NCBI GenBank assembly: GCA_017554565.1
Contig: JAFZID010000201.1
Span: 1 to 44,711 of the forward strand
Origin: a bacterium
GTDB lineage: Bacteria; Auribacterota; UBA3054
DNA length: 44,711 nt
Direction of reading: 5' to 3'
The position numbers and the translations under genes are program-made. Below the pieces are notes generated by a model. That model saw only the letters and a program-made list of their open reading frames with translations, was not told the DNA's origin and did no database searches. Of this stretch, positions 7,579 to 15,563 are shown in pieces (the stretch's first letter is position 1; the number at the start of each line of letters is the position of its first letter).

Positions 7579-9642
7579 TTATTTTTTCAGTATGGAATAA
7601 TAAAAATACAGATTAGTATTACATGTGTCTGAAATATTGATTGTGGCCTGTCCTGAAACGTCTATATCAACCCAATATCTAAGTAAAGTATCTTGGGCCG
7701 GCGTTATGTTTATAACAGCATTCGAAGATAAAGTTTCGCTAATAATTGCATAATTGTCCCCGGCAGGGATCGCTATCTTGCCACATTGCCCCGGATAATT
7801 GACTTGAAGAAAACTTAATGCTTTTATGCTTTTATTATTTCCGTTTGCAATTAAATTTAAATCGCCATCAAGTGTTGCGATATTTCCTTCTTGATTGTCA
7901 ATAATCAGATCTGTCCGATTTGTTTCCGTACCGATATGCCAATTACCAGAATTTCTAATTATAAAATCTGTTACTTCTAATTTCCCGGTCACAACACCTC
8001 CGGAAGACAAAACAATATTGCTCTTTAGCGTTTCCGTAAAATGAAACAATTGGACGGAATTAGTTGCGATTTTCTCTTCCGTTATCGCCTGCGCCGTTAT
8101 ATGCGATGAAGATATGGCGTTTGATTGTATTTTGTTTCCGGATATTGCGCCGTTGCCTATTTTGGCGGCGGTTACTGCGTTGTCGTTTATTTTAGACGTT
8201 GTGACAGCGCTGTTTGAAAGTTTGCTCTCGGTTATGGAACTGTCTGCTATTTTGCCTGATGTGATGGCGCCGTCTATGATGTGAGCAGTGTTTACAGCGC
8301 CGCTGGAAAGTTTGCTTCCCGTAACCGCGCCGTCTTCTATTTTGCCTGTGGTGATCGCGTTGCTGTTTATCTTGGCGCTTGTTACAGCATTGGTGGACAG
8401 TTTGTTTTCAGTTATTGCTCCGTCCGCTATCTTGGTTGTTCCTATTGCATTGTTTAAGATCTTTTCCTCCGTTACCGCGTTGCTGGCTAGCTTTTCTGCC
8501 GTTACCGAGCCGTTCGCTATGGATGTTGTCCCGAAGACGTGGTTGCTCAAGGAATGGTATATGCTTTGGCAGTTTTCCGCTATCCTGCTGTTTATTTCAG
8601 GGACTGTCGCGACGTCCTGGCCGTCTATTTTTAAGCTGGCGTCGTTCTTTATCTCGATACCGTCTTTGCTGACTATGAGATTAGTGATACTAGTAAAGCT
8701 TATGTCGAAGCAAAGATCATAATTTGGCTGTGCGGTCAGGTCGAATTCTGAGAGAGCGTCTAAGCTGTATCTGCTGCCTGTGCCTGTCCAGAGGCAGTTG
8801 GTTGCCCCTGTGTAAGCGTCACTGCATTTGTTCAGGCAGATCTGGGAGTAGGAGTTCCTTCCTCTCACGCCGAATATGTAAATGGAATTCGTGGAAACCG
8901 GATAATCGCTGAAACTGTACGAATAAATGTTATTGCCTTCATTGATTCTGGAATCAGCGTAAACAAATGTGTTTGTAGTAATGGTTGGGCTGTAAGGGGA
9001 AAGGAATACGCAGTTATAGGGAGGAGCGGATAATTCCGCCTTGATCTTGATCTTTCTGATGTTAGAGATGTTTTTGACCTGGAAAGTCTGGCCTATAAGC
9101 ACTGTGCTGCTTATTGAGGAAGAATTAGCGGACATAGTCGCATTTGTTCCCAGGAGAGCGCCGTCTATGGTGAAGTACCATGTTTCTTCTTCTGCTTTAA
9201 GATGGCCAAGGTATGTACGGACGTAGTTCTGAAGAGACAGGAGTTCTGACGCGAGCTCTTCCAGATCGGATTGGAGAGCGTATGTTTCGCCGGTCCTGTT
9301 TCCTTGGTTTTCGGCGCTGGATATGGATACTAGCTCGGAACTGATCTTGGAATAGTCTTCAATGATCTTATTTAGGTCTTTTTCCCTTACTATGCGCTCC
9401 TCGTGGCTTAGGGTGGAAAGTCCAAGCTGAAGATCGACTATGCCGTCAGCGCAGGCTTCGGCGCTGCTTTTGAGTTTTTCTATGGTGACTTTCAGGCTTT
9501 CAAAATCGTTGGTGGTCATGAAAGCGGAAGAGGTTAGGCCCTGGAGGGTGTCGGCATTGATCAGTCCTTGCGTTTCTTCGCTTGCAAAGGCACAGCAAGC
9601 TATCAGCAAAACGAGAAATAACATATTGAAAATATTGCGCAT
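7579..9642 (-). CDS. tail-fibre-like surface lipoprotein with coiled coil and 16 x 10-aa repeats
   Basis: 687 aa. Signal peptide with lipobox LIAC. NADTLQGLTSSAF motif right after the signal peptide, recalling the A-D-x-L-D-G-x-x-x-S-x-F motif of phage tail fibres. Heptad-like region at aa 45-150. Repeat block at aa 378-537 with consensus x-A-[IV]-T-x-x-K-[IL]-x-x. Confidence 0.6.
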   Translation of the reverse strand: MRNIFNMLFLVLLIACCAFASEETQGLINADTLQGLTSSAFMTTNDFESLKVTIEKLKSSAEACADGIVDLQLGLSTLSHEERIVREKDLNKIIEDYSKISSELVSISSAENQGNRTGETYALQSDLEELASELLSLQNYVRTYLGHLKAEEETWYFTIDGALLGTNATMSANSSSISSTVLIGQTFQVKNISNIRKIKIKAELSAPPYNCVFLSPYSPTITTNTFVYADSRINEGNNIYSYSFSDYPVSTNSIYIFGVRGRNSYSQICLNKCSDAYTGATNCLWTGTGSRYSLDALSEFDLTAQPNYDLCFDISFTSITNLIVSKDGIEIKNDASLKIDGQDVATVPEINSRIAENCQSIYHSLSNHVFGTTSIANGSVTAEKLASNAVTEEKILNNAIGTTKIADGAITENKLSTNAVTSAKINSNAITTGKIEDGAVTGSKLSSGAVNTAHIIDGAITSGKIADSSITESKLSNSAVTTSKINDNAVTAAKIGNGAISGNKIQSNAISSSHITAQAITEEKIATNSVQLFHFTETLKSNIVLSSGGVVTGKLEVTDFIIRNSGNWHIGTETNRTDLIIDNQEGNIATLDGDLNLIANGNNKSIKALSFLQVNYPGQCGKIAIPAGDNYAIISETLSSNAVINITPAQDTLLRYWVDIDVSGQATINISDTCNTNLYFYYSILKK
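8032..8511 (-). repeat. 30-bp periodic coding repeat (16 units) inside the tail-fibre-like gene
   Basis: GSVTAEKLAS NAVTEEKILN NAIGTTKIAD GAITENKLST NAVTSAKINS NAITTGKIED GAVTGSKLSS GAVNTAHIID GAITSGKIAD SSITESKLSN SAVTTSKIND NAVTAAKIGN GAISGNKIQS NAISSSHITA QAITEEKIAT NSVQLFHFTE. Confidence 0.85.
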
Positions 9643-9697
9643 AGCGTAGCTCCGATTGTTGCATGTATTTTCTCAAAATTTGCAATGATTGTCAATC
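9590..9697 (-). repeat. copy 2 of the duplicated promoter + 5'UTR + signal-peptide cassette
   Basis: See copy 1 (2418-2526). This copy is attached to the intact 687-aa gene. Confidence 0.85.
9667..9695 (-). promoter_or_regulatory. sigma70-type promoter (TTGACA - 17 nt - extended -10 TGAGAAAAT), copy 2, probable promoter of the island operon
   Basis: Minus strand reads TTGACAatcattgcaaattTTGAGAAAAT, then a GGAG RBS and ATG at 9642. Confidence 0.5.
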
Positions 9698-9842
9698 TGT
9701 AAATGGAAAAATCAGACCGCAGGATTATGTTTGACATACCGTATTTTTCGAATTTAAAACGTGAAGGCCGCGTTAGGTTGGCATATATTAAGATCCTATT
9801 ATGAATCTAAACGGCCGGCTAGTTTGCGCTCCCACCTTCACT

Positions 9843-9871
9843 TTGATAAAATAAAGCGGTTTATTTTTAAT
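9843..9871 (+). promoter_or_regulatory. candidate sigma70 promoter for the 9900 gene
   Basis: TTGATA - 17 nt - TTTAAT, about 28 nt upstream of the GGAG RBS and ATG at 9900. Confidence 0.3.
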
Positions 9872-9899
9872 CCACAATTACCAACTTTACGGAGCGAAT

Positions 9900-10586
9900 A
9901 TGAAAAACACTTTAGTTTTATCGGCCGCCTTATTTTTCTTCGCGGCCTCTTTGGCCCAGGCCACTCTGACCGTGTATCCCATTGCTGAAAAAGGCAACAC
10001 TTCCTACTCTTTCAGCCTGAAGGGCGAAGACCGCGGCTACGCCATTGAAAACATCGACGCCAGGGAAGGCGAATTCTACATCCGCCTCTGCTACGACTAC
10101 ACGGTCGTAACGAAGGGCTACATAATGAAAGCCGACAAGAAAGGCAAGACCTTCACCGGCGGCAACAGCTCCGAATCCTTCTCCTTCTCCGCGAAGAAAG
10201 GCTCCTGGAAATACAGCGCCAGCAATGTGAACTCTTCTTTCACGCTCGGTTACTTCGGCAGCAACGGCAACCCCTCCTACGACAATCTGTTCGACACCAA
10301 GGGCAAAGCCAGCGCCAAGGGCGTCGTCGATGAGGACGTCGTTCCTACGTTTGAAGAAGGCAAGAAGTATTTCGGTCTCTTCTGCGACACCACAGAGCCC
10401 GCCATGCTGATCCACGCCCAGGCCACCGGCAAAGCCGGCAAGAGCTGGAAATATTCCGATACCCTGGAGGACGGCTCCAAAGTGAAGTTCTCCATGAAGA
10501 TCAGCAAGAAAGGCGACACCGCCGCCGTCTCCATGTCCTTCAAGACTTCCAAGTACGTGCATCCCGCCTTCATCACCGAACCGTAA
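9900..10586 (+). CDS. secreted hypothetical protein
   Basis: 228 aa. Signal peptide MKNTLVLSAALFFFAASLAQA/T. Host-like GC. No recognisable catalytic motif. Confidence 0.7.
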   Translation: MKNTLVLSAALFFFAASLAQATLTVYPIAEKGNTSYSFSLKGEDRGYAIENIDAREGEFYIRLCYDYTVVTKGYIMKADKKGKTFTGGNSSESFSFSAKKGSWKYSASNVNSSFTLGYFGSNGNPSYDNLFDTKGKASAKGVVDEDVVPTFEEGKKYFGLFCDTTEPAMLIHAQATGKAGKSWKYSDTLEDGSKVKFSMKISKKGDTAAVSMSFKTSKYVHPAFITEP

Positions 10587-10607
10587 CAGCGCGCTTAGAG
10601 TGAAATG

Positions 10608-10646
10608 AAAAAGGCCGCGGTTTTTCCGCGGCCTTTTTGTTTTTTT
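10608..10646. terminator. bidirectional intrinsic terminator between convergent genes
   Basis: An A-run, then stem GGCCGCGG, loop ttttt, stem CCGCGGCC, then a T-run (tttttgttttttt). Confidence 0.8.
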
Positions 10647-10664
10647 GGCTTTTTACTTTTTCGC

Positions 10665-11813
10665 TTATTTCTTCACGAACCTGGTGAAGTCCATAGTGAG
10701 AACTTCCTCCAGTTCTTTCTGATCGTCTTCTCTGGTGGCGGTCAAAATGATCGCGAAATCGTCCGGCACCGGCTGGTTGATCTTTCTCACTGAATAGACC
10801 TTCTGGAAATATCTGACCATCGCGTCGTAGTCGAACTGCTCGCTGGGAATATGCGTCCCGCATTTGTCGATGATGATGAAGCTGTAAACGTAGCCCGCGG
10901 CTTTTTTCATTATCTCCGCGAAATCGGGCTTCACTTGCTGCAGATAGACGTCGGGGGGCCAGAAGCCGTAGGCATAGACCGCCACTTCGTTGGTGGAGAT
11001 GCCGGCGAAGCGCAATGGGTTGAACTCGATGGGAATGACGGTGTCCTTGTAGGTCCTCAGTTCCGCATGCAGGGGAAAATCTTTTATGTCGAGCTTCTTC
11101 CCTACTTCCGCAAAATAGGCCGTCAATTTGTCGTACCATTTTTCCATCAGCGAAGGTCCGCAGCAGTAGAGGCGGTCGGAGACGTCGCGGGCGGAGGCGA
11201 AGCGGTGCTCGTAGATGTTAAGTATGACGGGCTCTCCCAGAGTATCGTAATAAACGTCCACCGCCAGTTCGGTGCCGTCCACGAGTTCCTCTAAAAGGAA
11301 GCTGGAGCCCACCACGCCTTCCGTATAGGAAGTGCGCCATTCCTCATAATGGGCCTCGATGTCGGCTTTGGCGTTGGCAAGATCCTGGGGGCCGAAGAGC
11401 GTATAGACGCCCAGGCTGCCGAAGCCCACGTTCAATTTCAGGATAAGAGGATATTTGAGATCTTCGGACTTAAGGGCGAAAAGCTCTTCCTTAGTAAGGA
11501 CCTTGTAATAAAAATCCGGGTAGAGATAAGCCAGCTTGTCCCTCAGGGCAGCCTTGTCTTTCATAAGGTCGGCCTTCTCAACAAGAGGCGAGCCTTTCAG
11601 GTTCTCATAGACCCAGGTGAGGGCGTCCTCGTTGGTGGTGTAAAGCCTCTCCCCCGCCAGGATGCGGGCTTTCGCCTCATCGGAAGGCACGAGATTAAGT
11701 TTGAAACCCGCTCCGCGTTCCCTGGCGTACTCGTTGTCCAAAACGGGCTGCTGAGTCTCCTCCAGATGGCGGAGCAGGTCGTCGGAAATAATTTTTCCAG
11801 CCAAAATGATCAT
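10665..11813 (-). CDS. ATP-grasp domain protein (unknown ligase)
   Basis: The ATG at 11811-11813 (MIILAGKI...) follows AGGAGG; the ORF-track N-terminal extension is unlikely. ATP-grasp motifs are PLILKLNVGFGSLGVY, LLEELVDGTELAVDVYYD and HAELR...IEFNPLRFAG. Confidence 0.7.
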   Translation of the reverse strand: MIILAGKIISDDLLRHLEETQQPVLDNEYARERGAGFKLNLVPSDEAKARILAGERLYTTNEDALTWVYENLKGSPLVEKADLMKDKAALRDKLAYLYPDFYYKVLTKEELFALKSEDLKYPLILKLNVGFGSLGVYTLFGPQDLANAKADIEAHYEEWRTSYTEGVVGSSFLLEELVDGTELAVDVYYDTLGEPVILNIYEHRFASARDVSDRLYCCGPSLMEKWYDKLTAYFAEVGKKLDIKDFPLHAELRTYKDTVIPIEFNPLRFAGISTNEVAVYAYGFWPPDVYLQQVKPDFAEIMKKAAGYVYSFIIIDKCGTHIPSEQFDYDAMVRYFQKVYSVRKINQPVPDDFAIILTATREDDQKELEEVLTMDFTRFVKK

Positions 11814-11882
11814 ATTTGTCCTCCTATAAAAAAGGGAAGGAAGTCGCCTTCCTTCCCATGCGTTAAACATGTTTATAAGGCT

Positions 11883-13826
11883 TTATTTTTCCCTTAGCCA
11901 AACTATGACGCTGCCCGGTCGTCGGTTGTCCCAGGCGTAATACGGCACCGCTTTGAACTTCACGACGCGCTGTCTGGGAGGCTTGATCTGATAAAGGGTC
12001 TCGTCGGGATCGCCGTCCACGTTCTTCAGAGCTTTGCCGGTTATGGCGTACACTCCGCCCAAAAGCCTCTTCTCGAATTTGCCTTTCAGTTTGGCGGTCT
12101 GCTTGATGGAGAGAAGCTCCAGGTTGTTGGTGACGTTGTCAACGGTCTCCAGGCAATAGACCAGGGGCCCGCGCTGCAGGGCCACGCGGCCCTCCAGTTC
12201 CTTGACCTTGGTGGTGGCGTAAACTCTCTGGATGGGCATGTCCATTTCATAGATCAGCTGGTCGCCTTTGCGCCACTTGCGGGTGATGCAGAGATAGCCG
12301 TCCTTTTCTTCCACCGGGCCTTCCTCGTTGAAGTGGCTCTTCACCCTGAGGGAGGTCTGCTGGCACCAGCCGGGAATGCGCACTTTAACGGTGAAGACCG
12401 CGCTCTTATTCAAACTGAAGGTCATGACAGACCTGCCCTTCCAGGGGTATCTGGTCCTCTGGCTGATCCTGACGTCCTGACCGCCGAGATTGACTTTCGT
12501 GGTGCTGCCCACGAAAAGATTGACCCAGAGCGTGTCTTCGCTGGTGGCGTAGATGTAGCCCGGCACGCTGGCGATGAAGCGGGCGATGTTGGGCGGGCAG
12601 CAGGAGCAGCCGTACCAGCCCTGGCGGTGCAGAGCGGCGCCGTCCCACTGGTAGTGCTTGTTCTCGACCTTTTTGTCGGTCTTCTTGTCGGCGTCCGGAT
12701 CGTAGGTGTAGAGCTGGTTCGAATAGAAGAACTTTTCGCCGTCCATCGAGACACCGGAAAGTCCGCTGTTGTACATGATCCTTTCCATGACGTCAGCGTA
12801 CTTGGATTCGCCGGTCAGATAAAGCATGCGCTGACAGAAGAAGATCGCGGCCACGGAAGCGCAGGACTCTGAAGAGATGTTCCCCACCGGGAGCATGTAG
12901 TCTCTCACGAAGCCTTCGTTGCTAAGCGACGGGCCGATGCCGCCGGTTATGTACATCTGGCGTTCGCAGACGCTTTCCCAGAGGCGCTTGCAGGCTTTGG
13001 CCAGCTCTTTGTCGTCGGTTTCCCTGGCGCAGTCGGCCATGCCGGAATACATGTAGAGGGCCCTGACGGAGTGGCCCACGGCGTCCTTCTGTTCCCTGAC
13101 GGGCAGATGCGCCTGGCAGTATTCGTAGGTCTTGGCCCACCATTTCTTGGGATCGTCGCCTCTCTTGACGGCTTCCTCGTCGTAGTAATGGGGCTGCTGT
13201 CCTCTCTGGTTGATGAAGTAGCAGGCCATGTCGAGATAGCGTTTCTCGCCGGTGGCTTCATAAAGCTTCACCAGGGCCAGCTCGATCTCCTGGTGGCCGG
13301 GATAACCGTGAAGCTGGTTTTCGCCGGGACCGAAAGTCTTGCAGATGAGATCCGCGTAGCGGCACATGGCGTTCAGGAAATTGCGGCGTCCGGTGGCGTA
13401 GAAATGGGCCACCGCGGCTTCCATCAGATGGCCGGCGCAATAGAGCTCATGGCAGTCTCTGAGGTTTTTCCAGCGCATCTCGGGCTTGACGTAGATGAAG
13501 TAGTTGTTCATGTAGCCGTCGGGCTGCTGCATCTTGATGATGTCGGAAATGACTTTCTCCAGCGTCTTCTCCAGCTTTTTGTCATAGTTGGTGGCGAGGG
13601 AATAGCAGCCCGCCTCGATCCATTTGGCTACGTCGGAATCCCAAAAGTAATGCCTTTCGCCCTTGTAGTCGGGCTTGAAACAGTCCAAACGTCCGGTCTC
13701 GCGGCACTGTTTTTCGTTGGCCGGGATCGTTTTCAGACGATTGGTCTTCATTTTCGGGGCCCAGAAGATATCCGTGACCTTGACTTTGTTGAAAGGCACG
13801 CCCTTTTGCTTGATGTTCATGCTCAT
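11883..13826 (-). CDS. glycoside hydrolase family 127 (beta-L-arabinofuranosidase-like, DUF1680)
   Basis: 647 aa. GH127-type motifs include YPGHQEIELALVKLYEATG and the Cys cluster GCSCCPPNIARF. Confidence 0.8.
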   Translation of the reverse strand: MSMNIKQKGVPFNKVKVTDIFWAPKMKTNRLKTIPANEKQCRETGRLDCFKPDYKGERHYFWDSDVAKWIEAGCYSLATNYDKKLEKTLEKVISDIIKMQQPDGYMNNYFIYVKPEMRWKNLRDCHELYCAGHLMEAAVAHFYATGRRNFLNAMCRYADLICKTFGPGENQLHGYPGHQEIELALVKLYEATGEKRYLDMACYFINQRGQQPHYYDEEAVKRGDDPKKWWAKTYEYCQAHLPVREQKDAVGHSVRALYMYSGMADCARETDDKELAKACKRLWESVCERQMYITGGIGPSLSNEGFVRDYMLPVGNISSESCASVAAIFFCQRMLYLTGESKYADVMERIMYNSGLSGVSMDGEKFFYSNQLYTYDPDADKKTDKKVENKHYQWDGAALHRQGWYGCSCCPPNIARFIASVPGYIYATSEDTLWVNLFVGSTTKVNLGGQDVRISQRTRYPWKGRSVMTFSLNKSAVFTVKVRIPGWCQQTSLRVKSHFNEEGPVEEKDGYLCITRKWRKGDQLIYEMDMPIQRVYATTKVKELEGRVALQRGPLVYCLETVDNVTNNLELLSIKQTAKLKGKFEKRLLGGVYAITGKALKNVDGDPDETLYQIKPPRQRVVKFKAVPYYAWDNRRPGSVIVWLREK

Positions 13827-13861
13827 ACTGTGTGCATCCTTAAATTTTATAATTATCGATC

Positions 13862-13890
13862 GCGGCGGCGTCTCCCCTGGACGCCGCCGC
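13862..13890 (-). terminator. GC-rich 11-bp stem hairpin between kbl and GH127 (terminator/attenuator-like, no clean U-run)
   Basis: GCGGCGGCGTC - 7 nt - GACGCCGCCGC. On the minus-strand RNA it is followed by the AU-rich GAUCGAUAAUUAUAAAAUUU. Confidence 0.4.
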
Positions 13891-13903
13891 AGATCAGATC
13901 ATG

Positions 13904-15103
13904 TCAGATCAAACCGACTTCCTTGCCGACTTCCTTGAACTGCTCAACGGCCCAGTCGAGGTCCTTGAGCTCCAGGGCGTCGGAGACCTGGCAGCGGATG
14001 CGGGCGGTGCCGCGCGGGACCACCGGGAAGCCGAAGCCGGTCACGAAGAGACCCTTCTTCAGAAGCTTGTTGCTGATAGAGATGGCGAAGGCGTCGTCGC
14101 CCACGATGATGGGCACGATGGCGCCGTCGCCGTCCAGGGGCTTGAAGCCCGCTTCTCTCAGTTTGTTCCTGAGGTAAGAGGCCTTGTCCCTAAGACGCTG
14201 GGCTCTTTCCGGCTCGCGTTCCAAAACGCGCAGGGCCGCCAGGGCGGAGCAGGCCACCGTGGGAGGCAGAGCGTTACTGAAGAGCTGCGGACGGGATTTC
14301 TGAATGAGGGCTTCCACGAAGCACTTCTTGCCGGCCACGAAGCCGCCGGCCGCGCCGCCCAGGGCTTTGCCCAGGGTGCCGGAGATGATGTCGATCTGGC
14401 CTTCCAGACCGTAATATTCCGCGGTGCCGCGGCCGGTCTTTCCGATGACGCCGGTGGCGTGGGATTCGTCCACCATGACCAGCGCTTCATATTTCTTCGC
14501 CAGAGCGACGATCTCGGGCAATTTCGCCACGTCGCCTTCCATGGAGAAGACGCCGTCCGTCACGATCAGTCGGACAGGAGCGTTGGGATACTGCTGAAGC
14601 TGGGCTTCCAGATCCGCCATGTCGCTGTGTTTGTAGCGGGCTTTCTGCACGCCCTTGGCAATCAGACGGCAACCATCAATGATGGAGGCGTGGTTCAGCT
14701 CGTCGGAAATAACGACGCCCTCCGCGCCGCAGGCCACCGGGATGGCGCTCTCGTTGGCGCTCCAGCAGGAAACGTAAGTAAGACAGGCTTCCGTCTTCAA
14801 AAAGGAAGCGATCTCCTGCTCAAGCTCTCTGTGAATGTCAAAAGTGCCGCAGATGAAGCGGACGGAAGCGGTGCCGGCGCCGTACTTGTCGATACCGGCC
14901 TTTCCGGCGGCCTTGACCTCGGGATGATTGGAGAGACCAAGGTAGTTGTTGGAGGACATGATCATGGTGCGGCCGTAGCCTTCCATGTCCGTATAGGCGT
15001 CCATGGGAGTCTGCAGATACCTGAGTTCCTTGTAAGTTCCGGCGTCGCGCAGAGACTGCATCTCGGCGGCCAGTTTCTGATAATACTCGGCGACTGTTGA
15101 CAT
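13904..15103 (-). CDS. kbl: glycine C-acetyltransferase (2-amino-3-ketobutyrate CoA ligase)
   Basis: 399 aa, colinear with E. coli Kbl. Shared motifs are ASVRFICGT, SDELNHASIIDG, TDGVFSMEGD, VDESHATG, the PLP lysine in SGTLGKALGG, and ARIRCQVS. Confidence 0.85.
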   Translation of the reverse strand: MSTVAEYYQKLAAEMQSLRDAGTYKELRYLQTPMDAYTDMEGYGRTMIMSSNNYLGLSNHPEVKAAGKAGIDKYGAGTASVRFICGTFDIHRELEQEIASFLKTEACLTYVSCWSANESAIPVACGAEGVVISDELNHASIIDGCRLIAKGVQKARYKHSDMADLEAQLQQYPNAPVRLIVTDGVFSMEGDVAKLPEIVALAKKYEALVMVDESHATGVIGKTGRGTAEYYGLEGQIDIISGTLGKALGGAAGGFVAGKKCFVEALIQKSRPQLFSNALPPTVACSALAALRVLEREPERAQRLRDKASYLRNKLREAGFKPLDGDGAIVPIIVGDDAFAISISNKLLKKGLFVTGFGFPVVPRGTARIRCQVSDALELKDLDWAVEQFKEVGKEVGLI

Positions 15104-15154
15104 AAAATTTCTCCTGATTTATTTGTTAAATTTTTTATTTTTTTCTGAAAAAGA

Positions 15155-15163
15155 ATTATAGCA
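15155..15163 (-). promoter_or_regulatory. candidate extended -10 promoter element (TGCTATAAT) for kbl
   Basis: Minus strand reads TTTGCTATAAT, about 50 nt upstream of the kbl ATG; the -35 is weak. Confidence 0.35.
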
Positions 15164-15184
15164 AATTCCGTGTATGAAAAACTT

Positions 15185-15562
15185 TTATGTATTTTCCAAA
15201 ACTACGAAAGCCATGGCCGTCTCGGGAGTATGCGTCAGGCTCAAACTGATTTTCCCGAGGCCGAGGCCCTCGAAATATTCCTTCGTGGCGCCGTGCAGGA
15301 CTATAGCCGGCTTCCCGGAAGCCTCTTTCACGACCTCCACGTCCCTCCAGGTCATCTTTCCCGCGACGCCGGTCCCCAGCGCCTTGAAGAAGGCTTCCTT
15401 GGCGCAGAAGCGGGCGCAGAGGCGCTGCTCGGGAAAGCGGTAATCCAGGGCATACTTCAGCTCGCTTTCCGTGAAGATCTTCTCCGCCATGGCCCTTTTC
15501 TCTTCGGAGACTTTGAAGCGCTCCGTTTTCTCAATGTCGCAGCCTATTCCGAAGATCGCCAT
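15185..15562 (-). CDS. acpS: holo-[acyl-carrier-protein] synthase
   Basis: 125 aa. Motifs are GIGCDIE, RFCAKEAFFKALG and SLSLTH. Confidence 0.9.
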   Translation of the reverse strand: MAIFGIGCDIEKTERFKVSEEKRAMAEKIFTESELKYALDYRFPEQRLCARFCAKEAFFKALGTGVAGKMTWRDVEVVKEASGKPAIVLHGATKEYFEGLGLGKISLSLTHTPETAMAFVVLENT

Positions 15563-15563
15563 A

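Larger units (their letters stand above)
1830..9697 (-). other. compositionally foreign AT-rich block (probable horizontally acquired island, no mobility genes seen)
   Basis: Hand counts of G+C per 60-nt line give 13-15 inside 2752-7566, against about 35-42 in flanking genes. Five co-directional ORFs with N/K/I/Y-rich products. The left border abuts tRNA-Thr. Confidence 0.6.

Noticed and set aside
8032-8511. Regular 30-bp periodicity that could be mistaken for a CRISPR-like array. The plus-strand ORFs 8288-8722 and 8379-8672 lie inside it.
   Set aside because: There is no repeat/spacer alternation. The periodicity is continuous, sits in frame within a long ORF, and encodes a coherent decapeptide repeat. 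The plus-strand ORFs are repeat-driven artefacts.
7579-9642. Diversity-generating retroelement target (a fibre-like protein with a variable C-terminus).
   Set aside because: No reverse transcriptase, template repeat or duplicated C-terminal segment is visible anywhere in the window.
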